A DNA stretch of 63,997 nucleotides, the filler included, from Jimgerdemannia flammicorona (taxonomy: Eukaryota), in the NCBI GenBank assembly GCA_003990765.1. It is 3 parts of 3 records of this genome, joined end to end, with 100 filler letters (N's around TTAATTAATTAA, not from the genome) between each part and the next. Parts side by side here need not be neighbours in the genome. Positions count along the whole stretch, not along the records: positions 1 to 21,551 come from RBNJ01001430.1; 2 more parts are not named here. The stretch is one strand, 5' to 3'. Of the stretch, positions 1-12,029 are shown one piece after another. Position numbers and translations under genes: made by a program. The stretch's first letter is position 1. Each line of letters opens with the position of its first letter. The notes under the pieces were generated by a model. It was not told the origin of the DNA. It did not search any database and saw only the letters and a list, made by a program, of their open reading frames with translations.

Positions 1-2142
1 ATTTCTTCTTCATCATCACTGTCCTCCAGGAGGGCTGGTGGTTCATCATCTTCCTCCTTCTCTTCTTCCATGGTCTGTTTTTCGAGAGCTTTCTGGCTTC
101 TTTCCTGGTAGATCTTCCTGGTTCCGATGGTGCACTGGTAGCAATCATTGACATGCTCCATACAGTACATCTTGATTCCATGAGGACAGACTCCTTGTGG
201 GGCGTAGCCTTCTGCGATCTTCTTGCACCATTCTTCTTCACTCATCTATCCAACTTTCTTTTTCTTTGGGGTAGTCACCATATAAGCTTCCTCTTGCTTG
301 CTCTCTTCTTCCTCCATATCAGGCAGGACTCCTTTGTTGACATTGATGGGAATTCATATCTTCTGTCCCTGGTAGGTGATTTGCATTTTCTGGGCATTGA
401 GATCGATTACTGCCTTGGCTTTGTGAAGCCATTGATTGCCGATGAGGATGTCATAGTTGGTGGCATTGGTTACGATTACATCTACTGGGATTGTTGCTCC
501 TCCAATCTTGATAGGAACATCTCAGATCTTTCCCAGAGGTGTGGCTCTTGTGCCATCAGCTGTGATGAATACTAGCTTGGTTGCTTCTTCCACATCCCAA
601 CCTAGGCGGTCTGCTGCCTTCTTACTGAGGAGACATCCTCCTGCTCCTGTGTCAATGATGGCTTCAAAGACTCGATCCTCAATTTGGCATGTTGCATAAG
701 CAGAGGTTTTGCGATTGTCCTCGCTTTCTTCTCCTGAGTCCTCTTGAATATTATTGGCCTCGGTTATCTTCCATCCTTGTTCCTTGGTTGTTTTGGCAAG
801 TCCAAACCTCATTTGCTGTCTGAATGTTGGGATTTCTGCGAGCTGACCAAAGGTTGCATTGACCTTTTATTGACTGAGATCCTTGAAGATATCATACTTG
901 AAGGTCTTGGTCTTGCAAAGCTTTTTTTCTTTTTCTCCTTCACTGGATGGAGTGGTTCCTCGGATGATATCTTGAACTGTTTGCTCCAGCTTGATATCCT
1001 GGTCCATCTCTTCAGCTTGACTTTCTGTGTCAGTTTCCATTTGCTTTTCCACTGGGTTCTTCTTGGGTCTTCCTGGCGGTCTCTTGTAGAGTTCTTTGCA
1101 AACATCCTTCTTGGTGGTCTGAGCAGGATAGGCCTCCCATTCTTCTTTGTTAGAATCTCTGATCTCCTCAAAGGTAATTATATTGGCCTGCTTCTTGTTT
1201 CGTGTGGCATTGCTTGGTTGAGCCTTGCACTTGGTTTCACTCATGCATTCATAGGAGTAGTGGCCTTCTTCTCTGCAGCTATAGCAGGTACCTTTCTTCT
1301 TGTCTGAGGTGGCGGCGAACTTCTGAACAGGGCAGCGGTCTCTTCCTTGAATCTCCTTTACCACATCTCCCAGGTGGGCAGTCATTTCAGCAAACCTTTT
1401 GGTGAGTTCGTCCAGAGGGTCACTGTTCTTTTGCTGCTCGGTAGCTTTTGGTTGAGGTGTGTTTCAATTGATCATTGTGGTGGGGATCACACTGGTTGCC
1501 TTGGGTGCCTCGATTCTGACTCCTGTAACTCTCTCTATTGTATGGTCTTGTGGATGTCTGGCTATCTAGTATCGCTGAGCATAGGTGACCCTCTGTGGCA
1601 GATCCAGAATCACTGGTGATGAGCAGATGGCCATGGCTATCTCTGGATGGACTCCTTTCATGAAGGTTGCTTTGGCTACTTGATCTTGGGTAGCAGCAGC
1701 ATAATCTACAAGGATTATCTGATATCGAATTCTGGTATAGAATGTGTTTGGATCCTCACTCATTCCTTGGCATGTTGTGTTGAGCTGATCCTTCAGGGCT
1801 TGCTTGATCTCATCTGTGTAATATGTGTTTCGGAGCCAGGTCTTCTGTGCTGTCAGTATGGCATCGGCGTCATTTCCTGCATGGGTTGCGGCTGTGAATG
1901 CTGCTCTGGCAGGGCCTCATAGGCTGAAGGGCATGAGGGCTACTTGCTGTACTGCTGTCAGGGTCCTTACAGCGGCATACTGCTCGAAATCATCAATGAA
2001 GGTGATGATTGATTCGTCTGAGGTATATCTATGGAATACTGGTGGTCTCATATCCATCTTGTCTGGGTATTGGAGCTCGGTTTGTATGGTGGTGGTTGTT
2101 TGTTGTTCAGCTTAAAAGTGAGGGATTCGTCTTGAATCACCA

Positions 2143-2156
2143 GCCAATGGGCACCA
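2143..2156 (-). promoter_or_regulatory. Primer-binding site TGGTGCCCATTGGC
   Basis: Starts with TGG 3 nt after the LTR end; same sequence after LTRs at 23600, 36394 (one substitution) and 54855. Confidence 0.85.
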
Positions 2157-2159
2157 AGT

Positions 2160-2635
2160 TGTAACGTAGCAGATGCTTACTCTTGAAAGTACGTCAGATT
2201 TCTGTATCTTGAAAACTTGACTATTCTGACTCTCGCAGAGTCTCTTGAAGTGGCAGGGGAGGGTGGGTGAGTTCGAAGTGTATCTGCCTGCAGGTTTACT
2301 AGTTCCTTTGCTATCTCTTTGCTTTGAACTATTTCGATCTGAGGTTTATTCACTCGAAGATACTGGGTTATTTATACAAGTTTGCTAGCTATGAGAGGGT
2401 GGCTAAGTAATAAATGAGTCATTTGGACTTTGTCAAAACATTTGGACAATGTCTAAATGCTATACTAAATCGGGGTATTCGATTTGGATAATGTCTAAAA
2501 TTTTGACAATGTCTAAGAAATTGGACAATGTCGAAATCGAGGACTGCTAACTATAATGCTATACTACTTTGGGAATGGGTGCGATCAAGTGTCTATTTCC
2601 TATTTCCTTCTTTCAAATCTGGCTGTACCGTCACA
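2160..2635 (-). repeat. 5' LTR of family A copy 1 (476 bp, TGTGAC...GTTACA)
   Basis: TG...CA ends on minus strand, TATAAATA box, U3 nearly identical to LTRs at 35940 and 42148; followed by PBS. Confidence 0.93.
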
Positions 2636-2671
2636 TTATATATATATATATGGATAACGGATCGTTACATG

Positions 2672-2835
2672 CCATTCAAGTCCACCAAATCTGTGTCATC
2701 TGCCATTCAAGAAATCCGCGTCATCCACCATTCGAGAAATCCGCGTTATCCGCCATTCAAGAAATATGCATCATCCGCCATTCGAGAAATCTGCGTCATT
2801 TGCCATTCGAGAAATCGCTATTCGAGAAATCCACC
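2672..2835 (+). repeat. Tandem ~25-bp repeat (CCGCCATTCGAGAAATCCGCGTCAT), about 6 degenerate units
   Basis: Directly visible; lies upstream of a purine tract and LTR, so probably the 3' internal region of a retroelement. Confidence 0.85.
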
Positions 2836-2942
2836 AAATTCGCTGTGTTATGCAAAATCCGTATTCAATAATCCATGCCATCCAAAGAAATCTGTGCCAT
2901 TTGAGAAGTCCACCGAATCTGCGCCATTCAAGAAGGGAAGGA

Positions 2943-3249
2943 TGTAACCTCAGTCTGAAAGCTGAAGAAAAGCTTAAAGCTCTGATTTCTCTGAACATAA
3001 GAATAAAGCAGTATTCTTATCACAGAACCCTCAGATCTGACTTGTTAACAATTCTGAGCCTGATCAACTTAGGATACAAGCATGGTACCTCTATCACTAG
3101 CACAAGAACCCAAAAGTGATACTTGGACTACACCACTATGACAGGCAATCAAAACTTAGTACTTTCTCACAAGTACTCATAACTTAGAGCTGATAATTAT
3201 CTTAATTATCTACAATATATTAATTCTATCAATATATAGTTTTATTACA
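2943..3249 (+). repeat. LTR-like repeat (family D, ~307 bp, TGTAA...TTACA) preceded by polypurine tract AAGAAGGGAAGGA
   Basis: Terminal inverted TGTAA/TTACA, PPT, second diverged copy in reverse at ~52624-52890. Confidence 0.7.
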
Positions 3250-3862
3250 ATATGTATAAAATATATATATTCTGAGTTACTAAATATATAAATCATAATT
3301 GATGATTTTATTATTTTTGATATTTATTTAGAGTATTTAATAAAATTTTCTATTATTAGTAAATAAAAAATAAAATTTCTTCCATTTTTTCTTTATTATC
3401 ACTTTTTATATTTATATAATAAGATTTAAATTTTTGATTTGGTTTATTTATATTTTCTTCTTCAATTGAAGTAGAATATATATTATTTTTAATAGTATAG
3501 TTAGTATTTAATCTCTTTTTTTAAAAAAAAAAATATATATATATATAGACAAAATAATAATAGATAAGTGAATTGAGATAATTGAGAATAGAGATATGAT
3601 TAATTGAAGATAAATAATATAATTAAGAGTTTTAAAAGATATCTCTAATAAGATAAAATAAAAAAATAAAAAAAACAGTTAAGATTTTTAATTTAGTTAT
3701 AATAACTTGAGACTATTAATATTAGCTTCAAAATATAAGTTCTGATATAATAAACCTTTTCTCTAAGAAATATAAACTATATAATCTCAAAAAAAAAAAA
3801 AAAAACAGAGTTTCTTGCAGTCTCATAGAACAAATAGTAGTTTATTATCAATAGTACTCAAG

Positions 3863-5035
3863 CAACCCCTTTCTCTGCTACATACCTTACTAGTCACAAT
3901 GATTTGGTAGGCAATCTTCTGAGTCCACTTTCCACAATTATTACCCCCTCTACCTTAGGTTGGTTTGCTGTACCTATTGCAGAGCAGTGGGAGGAAGGTA
4001 ATGGTGATGAGTTGCCTCTTTATTGGTATCAGATTGGTGTCTTCTCCACTTTTTCACAGTTTCTGGTACCTTCAGCTATGTCTGGAGTATATCTGTTTTG
4101 GTGTGGTGCCTTCTTCCTTTTGCCATTGCCAACAAGGTATTGTCTCGGTGTGTCTCAGGCTACATAGGGAGTTGGCCAACCTTGAGCATCAAGTGCTCAG
4201 TATAGGTTACCTGCAGGTTCTCAGTGCCTGTGGTGGGGCCCTCTGGCTTTGGCAAGCTTCCTGGCAAGCATGGTTCTGATATAGGTGACTGCTTTTTGAG
4301 TGTTGTTGGGATGGGAGGAGAGATGGCCATCACAGATAGGAGGAAGAGTAATAATGGTGAACCAGTAAGGTACCAGGCTGGGGGTGGTCATCAGGGCTGG
4401 GGTGGGTACTGTTTCAGTGGGGTCTTTTGATTGGTGCAGTATGGTTAGGTGGTAGGTGTCACTCTCGGCTTCTTTTTGTGAGTTGGCAGATTAGGCCCCA
4501 GTCATCAGGGGGGGTTGGGGGGCCCGAGGCTATCTATTTCAGATATCTTGGCTGTACTCAACTGGAACCGGGAGCTGATATGGCAATGTGATCAAGACCT
4601 GCAGGCTTGAGTAGTAGAGTATTGAGAGTCTCCTCCCACCTTATGTGTAAGTTCTTTACTCACCTCAACTGGAAGAACTAGGCCCTACCCACTATATTGT
4701 GCTTTGATGAGAGTTTTTTCTTTACCTGTTATTCTCTTTAGGGTAGTAGGGACTATTCTATTCAGCTTGAGCATGGCCTTGTACATACATTGGGTTCTCA
4801 GGCATATGCTTTTGGTCATTGGCATATGGCTGGGTTTCCCTTGGTGGTAGGGAGAGCATGGTGTGTAGAATGAGGTACAGGCCAATATAGGCCCTGCTGC
4901 ACCTAATATGATCAAGCTGCTAGACAATAGCTAGCCTAGGTTAATGGGGGGGCAGTGCTTGATGGGTAGTGGGGGAGGGTTTTGGCCTATATAGTCTAGG
5001 TTCCCTTCCAATAAAAATCCGCGGGACTTGAGTCC

Positions 5036-5078
<43 letters not shown>
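3863..5078 (+). mobile_element. Poly(A)-tailed non-LTR retroposon (3' fragment of an L1-like ORF2), 1.2 kb
   Basis: AATAAA at ~5010, ~40-nt poly(A), 16-bp TSD ATCAATAGTACTCAAG (3847-3862, 5079-5094); frameshifted remnants resembling the L1 post-RT region (SSGRKVMV..YWYQ..LFWCG); second copy at ~50795-52345. Confidence 0.85.
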
Positions 5079-5082
<4 letters not shown>

Positions 5083-5498
5083 ATAGTACTCAAGAGATTA
5101 ACTTCAGATTAAGGTTCTAGTCCAGTACATATATCTAGTCAACTTTTGTTATTGCAACAGATAATAGAGACCATCTAGTTATATGCTTGAAGAGAGGCAG
5201 AAGACTCATAAATAATTTAATGCCATTGGAAGATGCAACGATGTTTTACATGATGACATCACCATGCCGAGATTATGGCAACAGTAACAAATAATGGTCA
5301 CGTGATGTGGTTTATTGATTGGTCGCACTGTCTTTAACGCGCTATCCTATTTCATCGTCATCCTCATTATTGTCCGCCACATTGACTAATAGGAGGAATT
5401 TATACTCAGGGATGCGTCAAAATTAATTAGTTCGTTGTAGATATCACAATTACAGCGAGAATGTTTAGCAGCGGAGACATGGTATGCGGACACGGTGG

Positions 5499-5660
5499 TC
5501 TCGGAACTAACGCCAGTCGTTGCTATGGTCAATGGGAACGCTTTCCTCGAGACTACGATACGCGGTGTTCTCGGAACTACAACGGCCGTTGCTATGGTCA
5601 ATGGGAACTTTTTCCTCAAGACGACGATACGCCGTGTTCTCGGAACTAACTCCGGTCGAT
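5499..5660. repeat. ~69-bp tandem repeat, about 2.3 units
   Basis: TCTCGGAACTA...GTTGCTATGGTCAATGGGAAC...CGATACGC unit repeated. Confidence 0.85.
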
Positions 5661-6485
5661 GGCGATATACAGTGTTGATGCTATCTGCCGAAAGTAAATA
5701 AATAAATAAATGAGACGAGACAACATGCTGGGATATACGTTTTCTTAAAATCCGATATTTGTTTGACTGTTGACAAAATAATCTTTGTTGTGATGTAGAA
5801 GTGAACCTTGCCCTTTCGAAATCCAATCGATATATGGAAGTCATGCTCAAACCAATGTTCGAAAACTCTAAACGTGTGCTTTCCGTGGAATTGAAGGATC
5901 CGAAGCCTTACCTCATAAGCAGCACGTCAATACGTTAATGAAAAATGCGGGGGCCGATAATCCTTGTGGCAAACGGATAGCGTACTCCCTCAATTGCCTT
6001 CACTCCATCCCTGCACACATTATTTTATCCAGATACCATCAACATCGCCACCGCAGCTCAGACCTCACAGATTCGTGCATAGCATAAAATCTGAATGTTT
6101 CGAAAGCGCAGTCTGGCATTGACGTTTTATGTTTTTATTTTTACTTTTTCAAGCAAATGCGCTGTGTACTGTCCGACGTTGAGTATCACAAAAATAAAAA
6201 AGAAAAAGAAAAAGAAAAATCCCAATTGCGCGTAACATAGCGTCAGAGAAAAAAATGGTGATCGATCACAGTGGCGGCCAATGATTGCAACTTAATTTAA
6301 TAAAGTCGATCAACTTATTTCCCCGAGGTGTAAGTGTTTTTTTTTGCGGTACGCTAACGATTTACGGATATCTTTTTTTTTATTTTGGATTCTAACCTGT
6401 CCAATGCACAAATTGACTGAGCCTCGCGAAACACGTGACACAACCTGGGGAAAGGACCAAACCGAGCGACAGGGTCTTGGATCCC

Positions 6486-6523
<38 letters not shown>

Positions 6524-6900
6524 GGTGGCAAGGTTCATCTTATATCGAAATTTACGACTCGGATTTGGCATTTAGTGATAGGATTGACTTGATATGGCGG
6601 ACCCGTGTGATATACAAAATAGAATAATAATGATGGGGTCCACGCTTGGGCTATTTTTTAAAAATTTCGCTCTAGCCCTACCTGCATCGCGAATCTAAAT
6701 GTTCTACAAAGACCTTGAAACGGTTCAATAAGTCGTTTGGTGCAAGTGTCCAAGAAAGTTTTAATTTATATCGATTTTAGCCGAAAATCGCCGTATAAGT
6801 TGCATGCATTACCGAAATGATAAAAGGACTTCCAGTTTTCTCTGGTAGTCTCCAACACCTCGACAACATCTAGAAATAACATATTCTAACAGCTACAACA

Positions 6901-7893
6901 ATGAAGTTCATCGTCTCCATTATCGGTGCCCTTGCTCTCCTTAGCACGTCCCAGGTTGGTGTTGCGCTATTCTGCGTGTCGATTTCTTCCATTTGCAATG
7001 AATAAATGTAATACTTTTTGAGTTCAAGTTGCATTAATCACCCAAGGTCGAGGCCAGTGTTATCAAGCGTGCGACCCCGCACACCATCACCGTCATCAAC
7101 AAGTGCAGCTTCACGGTTTGGCCTGGCCTTTACACCTCCGCCGGTGGATCGCCTTCTCCCAGCGCCACCGGTTGGCAACAGGCTTCCGGTTCCTCCTACA
7201 CTCTGACGGTTCCCGCCCAGTGGAACGGTCGTATCTGGGGCAGGACCAACTGCAACTTCGGCAACACCGCCCTCGCCAACTGCGATACCGGTTACTGCAT
7301 TGGCGGTCAGGAATGCACCCAGCCCGGTGTTCCCCCGGTCACCCTTGCCGAGTTCAACATGGTAATTTCAGACATTTCGGCATCAATTCCAGTTCGGCGA
7401 TTCGGGAAGAGAGGGCTGACACCATATTTTCCATCCCCGCAGGACCAACCAACTGACTGGTATGACGTGAGCAACGTCGACGGCTTCAACCTGCCGCTCT
7501 CTATCATTCCCTCCGTGTCCAGCTGCACGGCCCCCTCCTGCGCCACCAACATCAACGCCATATGCCCCTCCGAGTTGCAGACCAAGAACGCTGCCGGCAC
7601 AGTCGTCGGGTGCAAGAGCGCCTGTCTTGCCTTCGGTATCCCCCAATATTGCTGTACCGGTGACCACAGCACGCAGCCGACCTGCCCACCCACTAACTAC
7701 TCGATGATTTTTAAGAAAGTCTGTCCGGTAAGCCATCCAATTGATATCACCCGTGGTTTTGAAGCGATTTGTCTTTGTACTGACATGTATTCACTTTCCA
7801 TCTATCCAGACCGCCTACTCATACGCGTACGACGACTCCTCGAGCTTGTTCACCTGCCCTAATTCCAACTACCAGATCATCTTCTGCCCCTAG
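6901..7893 (+). CDS. Secreted thaumatin-like (PR-5/osmotin family) protein, ~245 aa; exons 6901-6954, 7047-7361, 7443-7727, 7810-7893
   Basis: Signal peptide MKFIVSIIGALALLSTSQ; motifs INKCSFTVWPG, GRIWGRTNC, TLAEF, DWYDVSNVDGFNLP, CKSAC, YCC, CPTAYSYAYDD, IIFCP*; three phase-0 GT-AG introns. Confidence 0.96.
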
Positions 7894-9149
7894 GCGATAC
7901 CTGCAACAGCGTCGTCTTTGACGCGTGCTACTCCTCGAGCTTGTACAAGAGCTGCAACTGAACTCTGAAGCAAACAGGCTGGATTGAATCTAGATATTTA
8001 ATATATTTAACTGCTTGGTGCGATTTGATGTCTGTAATCAAGAAGACATAGCACAGTAGCAATTGAATAAATATAAATATGCATCATATAAAAGCGTGAA
8101 AGGGGACCAGCTTCAGTTCATAAATTGAGCGTAAATTTATTGAGCAATTAAGCATAAAATCGCAAAAAAGTGAGAATTCCGATTGTTACGGTAACAATGC
8201 AACGCGCGCTGTGTAAAAGAGACACCAGCTTAAGTAATAGTGTGATGACAAATTATTGAAAATCTTTTATGCTGCATACTCTTCACCTAAACTTGTGAAT
8301 GAGCAATAGTGAAGGTGGTTTCTCGATCTTTTGATATTTCAATAAGAAATAGCAGGGACTCCAATCGGGCCAGGCATCAATCCCAACATAAGAGCAACTG
8401 CACGTAGCCTGGGGCATTTGACCAACTCGCATAATATAATTTAGCTCACTGATCTGTATTACCAAACGACAACTCCACGGTTCCCGACATTCGGCCATGA
8501 CCCACAGTCGGCGTGGTCCTATCGTAGTTCCGCGCACGGTCCGCTTGAATAACCGAACCTATCTTTGTCAGCAAGGAAAGACCCTTATTTGGTTATCCAC
8601 TTATACTGTCCTGTATACCCGAAGGACGGTATTAATTAGCCTGTACCTTAATTAGTATAGCTTAACGAGGACAACTGACGATCGTGACGTCACAACCATT
8701 CCGACCCTGATAGGACTGCCGTTCCATTTTGCCACCTAACCGAACCTACAAGATAACTGCAGCACGGAGAAAACTGTAGCGTAGGATATTTGTATAGATA
8801 CATAAGGGAGTTCGCTCCAAAGCCTGAAATGCACAATATCGACACCCTCTGCTTCTGCCCGCCCTTAACTTGTTCAAGCAATAAGTTCCGGATTGGACAG
8901 CAAGTATCCGCTTGTCGCTCTGGCTCCCTTGTCTTCGAAGTGGCATTGTATATGAGACTATGTTTGCTTATCAATTGAAATTAGAGACCGTTGGAGCGAT
9001 CTCCACGAGAACAAGTAACTTGTACACCTGTATATCCACGCACTTGACCGCTTGTCGCTTTACTGGTTAGACGCCAATTCATAAAGCAGTGAGTTTAATC
9101 GATTCCATGAGTCAGGGAGTTCGAGAGATAACTCGTGGACAGTTTCAAC

Positions 9150-9803
9150 AGTATGTAAGAATGAAGCGAATTATAATTTTGCATTCATCTATTTAGTGTT
9201 CTAGCTTATAGCCATGCGTATGCATTTTGTGTCTCCCTCTATAGACAACGATATTGGCGAGAAAGGAGGGAGGCAGCGCACTAGCCGAAGCACCGAAAAA
9301 TGGACACGAATCTACAAAATATAAAACTAGCCAGTATGTAGGAATGAAGCGCATCATACGTTTGCATTTATCTGTTTAGTGTTCTAGCTGAAAACCTTGC
9401 GTATACATTTTATATGTTCCTTTGTAGGGAAAATGAACACGAGCCTGCAAAACCTGGAACTATTGCGTATATAGGAATGAAACACATTATAGTTAGCATT
9501 CACCCGTTTAATGTTCTAGCTGATAACCACACACATATTTTATGTGTTCCTCCGAAGCCAATGGTATTGGCGAGAAGGGAGCCGTCGCACTAACCGAAGC
9601 AATGAAAATAAACACAAGCCTACAAAATCTGAATCTACAAAGTATGTTGGAATGAGACATAATAATTTTGCATTCATCTTTTTAGTGTACTAGCTGACGA
9701 CCACACGTATATTTTGTGTTCCTCCTATATTGGCGAGAAGGGAGTGGCGAACTAGCCGAAGTACTGAAAATGAACACGAACCTCCAAGACGCGAATCTAA
9801 AAC
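9150..9803 (+). pseudogene. Decayed ribonuclease-inhibitor-like LRR gene built from tandem exon+intron units
   Basis: Four near-identical GTAT...CTAGCTGA...AG-type introns alternate with exons; intact 84-nt exon 9558-9641 encodes NGIGEKGAVALTEAMKINTSLQNLNLQ; other exons frameshifted or deleted; cut by the LTR at 9816. Confidence 0.85.
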
Positions 9804-9815
9804 ATATATATATAT

Positions 9816-11352
9816 TGTCACGTAGTGGTCGCTGAGTCCTTTAAATATGTCAGATTCTCTTCAAGGTGTATCTCTTAGACTAACTCAAGTTTGTTATAAG
9901 CAAGTTCTTATTGGAGTGCCTTCCCAAGGTCTTATAGTCCTCAAACTTCTTATCTTTAAACTGTCTTGTTATCTCTTAGATTGTTTGCAAGAAATTGCAT
10001 ATATTGTACTGAGTAGACTGACTTTATTTCAGAGGAAATAAGAGGGGTATTTATACAAAATATAATTCAATGGTTGCTAAGATATAAAGCTAAATATAAA
10101 TTCCAATAACTAAAATAAAATGCCAGGACACAGAAAACTACTAAGTTCCAGTGTCAGCACTGATGGTTGCACAGGTTCAAGATGCTGGTATAATTTCAGT
10201 GATATAGGAAAATGGTACTGGAATAATTCTGAGTCACCTCAGAATACCAGTGGTGGAACAGCTGTTATATAGAAAAAGAGTGCTGGCATTATTCAGTATA
10301 ATCAAGGGACTTAGAGCAGAATGTTCAAGACCATAGGGGCTTCATCCTCATCAGAGGTCAGGATGTCTTCAAAGGAGATGAGATCCATGAACATCTCATC
10401 CATCTCATTGTATAGGTTGCATGGGATGATATTATCACTAATAACATCATCACATTCAGCAGGGAAATCAGAAGCTCTCCAATCTATGAGGTTCTCTTCC
10501 ACAAAATAGAGACCAAATGTGAGATTTTGGGGAGGTCTAATCTGGATACTTGGGCCTTAGAATACTGAGATCAATCCTTGTAGGAATTGATCTGGGTTGT
10601 TCTGGAGGATGGGATGCCAGAAGTCTTCTACTTCATCACTATTGAGGGTGATAGTGGACTGGGCTTCTGTAGCCACTCTGACTTCTAGTGCATTGATATG
10701 GTGGGCTGACAGGTCTCTGAAGTCTGAGACTCTAACATACTCTAAGTTAGAGATTGACTATAGTGCATGCCTGAAGATTTGATGGATCTTCTTAGCTATC
10801 CTTACTTCACGTATATTCATGGGAGTGGTATCTTGTAACTCTTGGGGGCTGGCCTGTGGGAACTCCTGACAGGGGAGATTTCTTATTTCATACTCCTGCC
10901 ATATTTGGAGACATTCAGTAGCAATGGTGATCCTTGTTTCCATTTCACAGTAATAGAGGATATAATGATAAAGATCACTAGTATCTAGGTTGATACTAGG
11001 AGTTCTTCTTATGTAGGTCCTCATGGCTCTTCTGATGTCTTGGAATATCCTTTCTTTAACTGAGGTGCCTTGGTGGTTCTTTGACCTTGAGGTTTGGTGA
11101 GCAGCAGGTATTTTGTTTATGGTAAGTCTTTGAGCTATTTTGGAATTGATGGGTCTTATTGAGTTGCTGCTACTGCAGTTCCTTGATCTTTTTTATATTT
11201 CTCAAGATACCCATACTGTGGTCACAATAACTCACAGTTAGTTATCATTGCTCATCTTTTATGCTGTATAATCTTCTTGTGCTCTGATCTGGTAGCTTAT
11301 AAGGAAAGGCTATCTCCTATGCTGATGTTATTATTCTGGGGTCATCATTATA
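9816..11352 (-). repeat. Full-length family B 3' LTR (1537 bp) containing an ORF remnant and a TATA box
   Basis: Follows PPT AGGAGGAAGA; ends CTACGTGACA; both ends match the 677-bp LTRs at 54179 and 60554; TATAAATA at ~10048-10056. Confidence 0.9.
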
Positions 11353-12029
11353 TCTTCCTCCTAAATAAGGATCTTCTTGAACATCCTTATTTATTAGTCC
11401 AGTCTTGAAAAATTTGCTGATTCTATAACCTCTGGCAAGGGGTTGAAAAGTGGTGTTTATAGGCTGACATCTTCTCTATATATTTTGGTATAATGGTGAA
11501 GAGTTACTCTCTTTATATAGAGCAAGAGCCTGATTCTGATCTTGACCAATCAGTTGATGGTTCAAACTCCTCTGGCTTCAAAAGTCTCATGGATGAGTAG
11601 TTGCTAGTACTGTATCCCTTAGAGAATGGTCCAAACAGATAGTCTACTGATCATAGGACATGCTGTTATAATTCATAGACTAGAACCTTATAGGTGGTCA
11701 TCACATTTTGCTTCTCTTGTATAGGTTCATGGTACTTCTTGAGTCTGTTTCTGTATACCATGGTAGGCAGTATGGTCTCTGAGATTTTTCTAAACCAGAA
11801 GATAGTTCCTTTGATATCTTGCATATAGAAGAGTCTTTCCCATTTGGGCTCCAGTTTTTGTGACTATGGGGCTTCTACCATATTTTGATACAGTAGGACC
11901 TTTTCTCTGATTTGGATGGGTTCTAGGGTCTTGTGATTCTTTTCTGTATTCTTTTTTGTCAGCACTTGTGACTTTTTTTTTTTTTTTTTTTTTTTTTTTA
12001 TAGTTACTTGGACTCCTTTATTATGAACT

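Larger units (their letters stand above)
1..2635 (-). mobile_element. Ty3/Gypsy LTR retrotransposon, family A copy 1 (5' LTR, PBS, degenerate gag with CCHC knuckle, aspartic protease); continues beyond window start
   Basis: Minus-strand CYSCREEGHYSYEC knuckle and AIIDTGAGG protease motif; colinear with the full copy at 35940-42599; multiple stops. Confidence 0.95.

Noticed and set aside
153..1922. Long hydrophobic plus-strand ORFs
   Set aside because: Antisense shadows of purine-rich gag-pol; the same applies to ORFs opposite the LINE and other Gypsy copies
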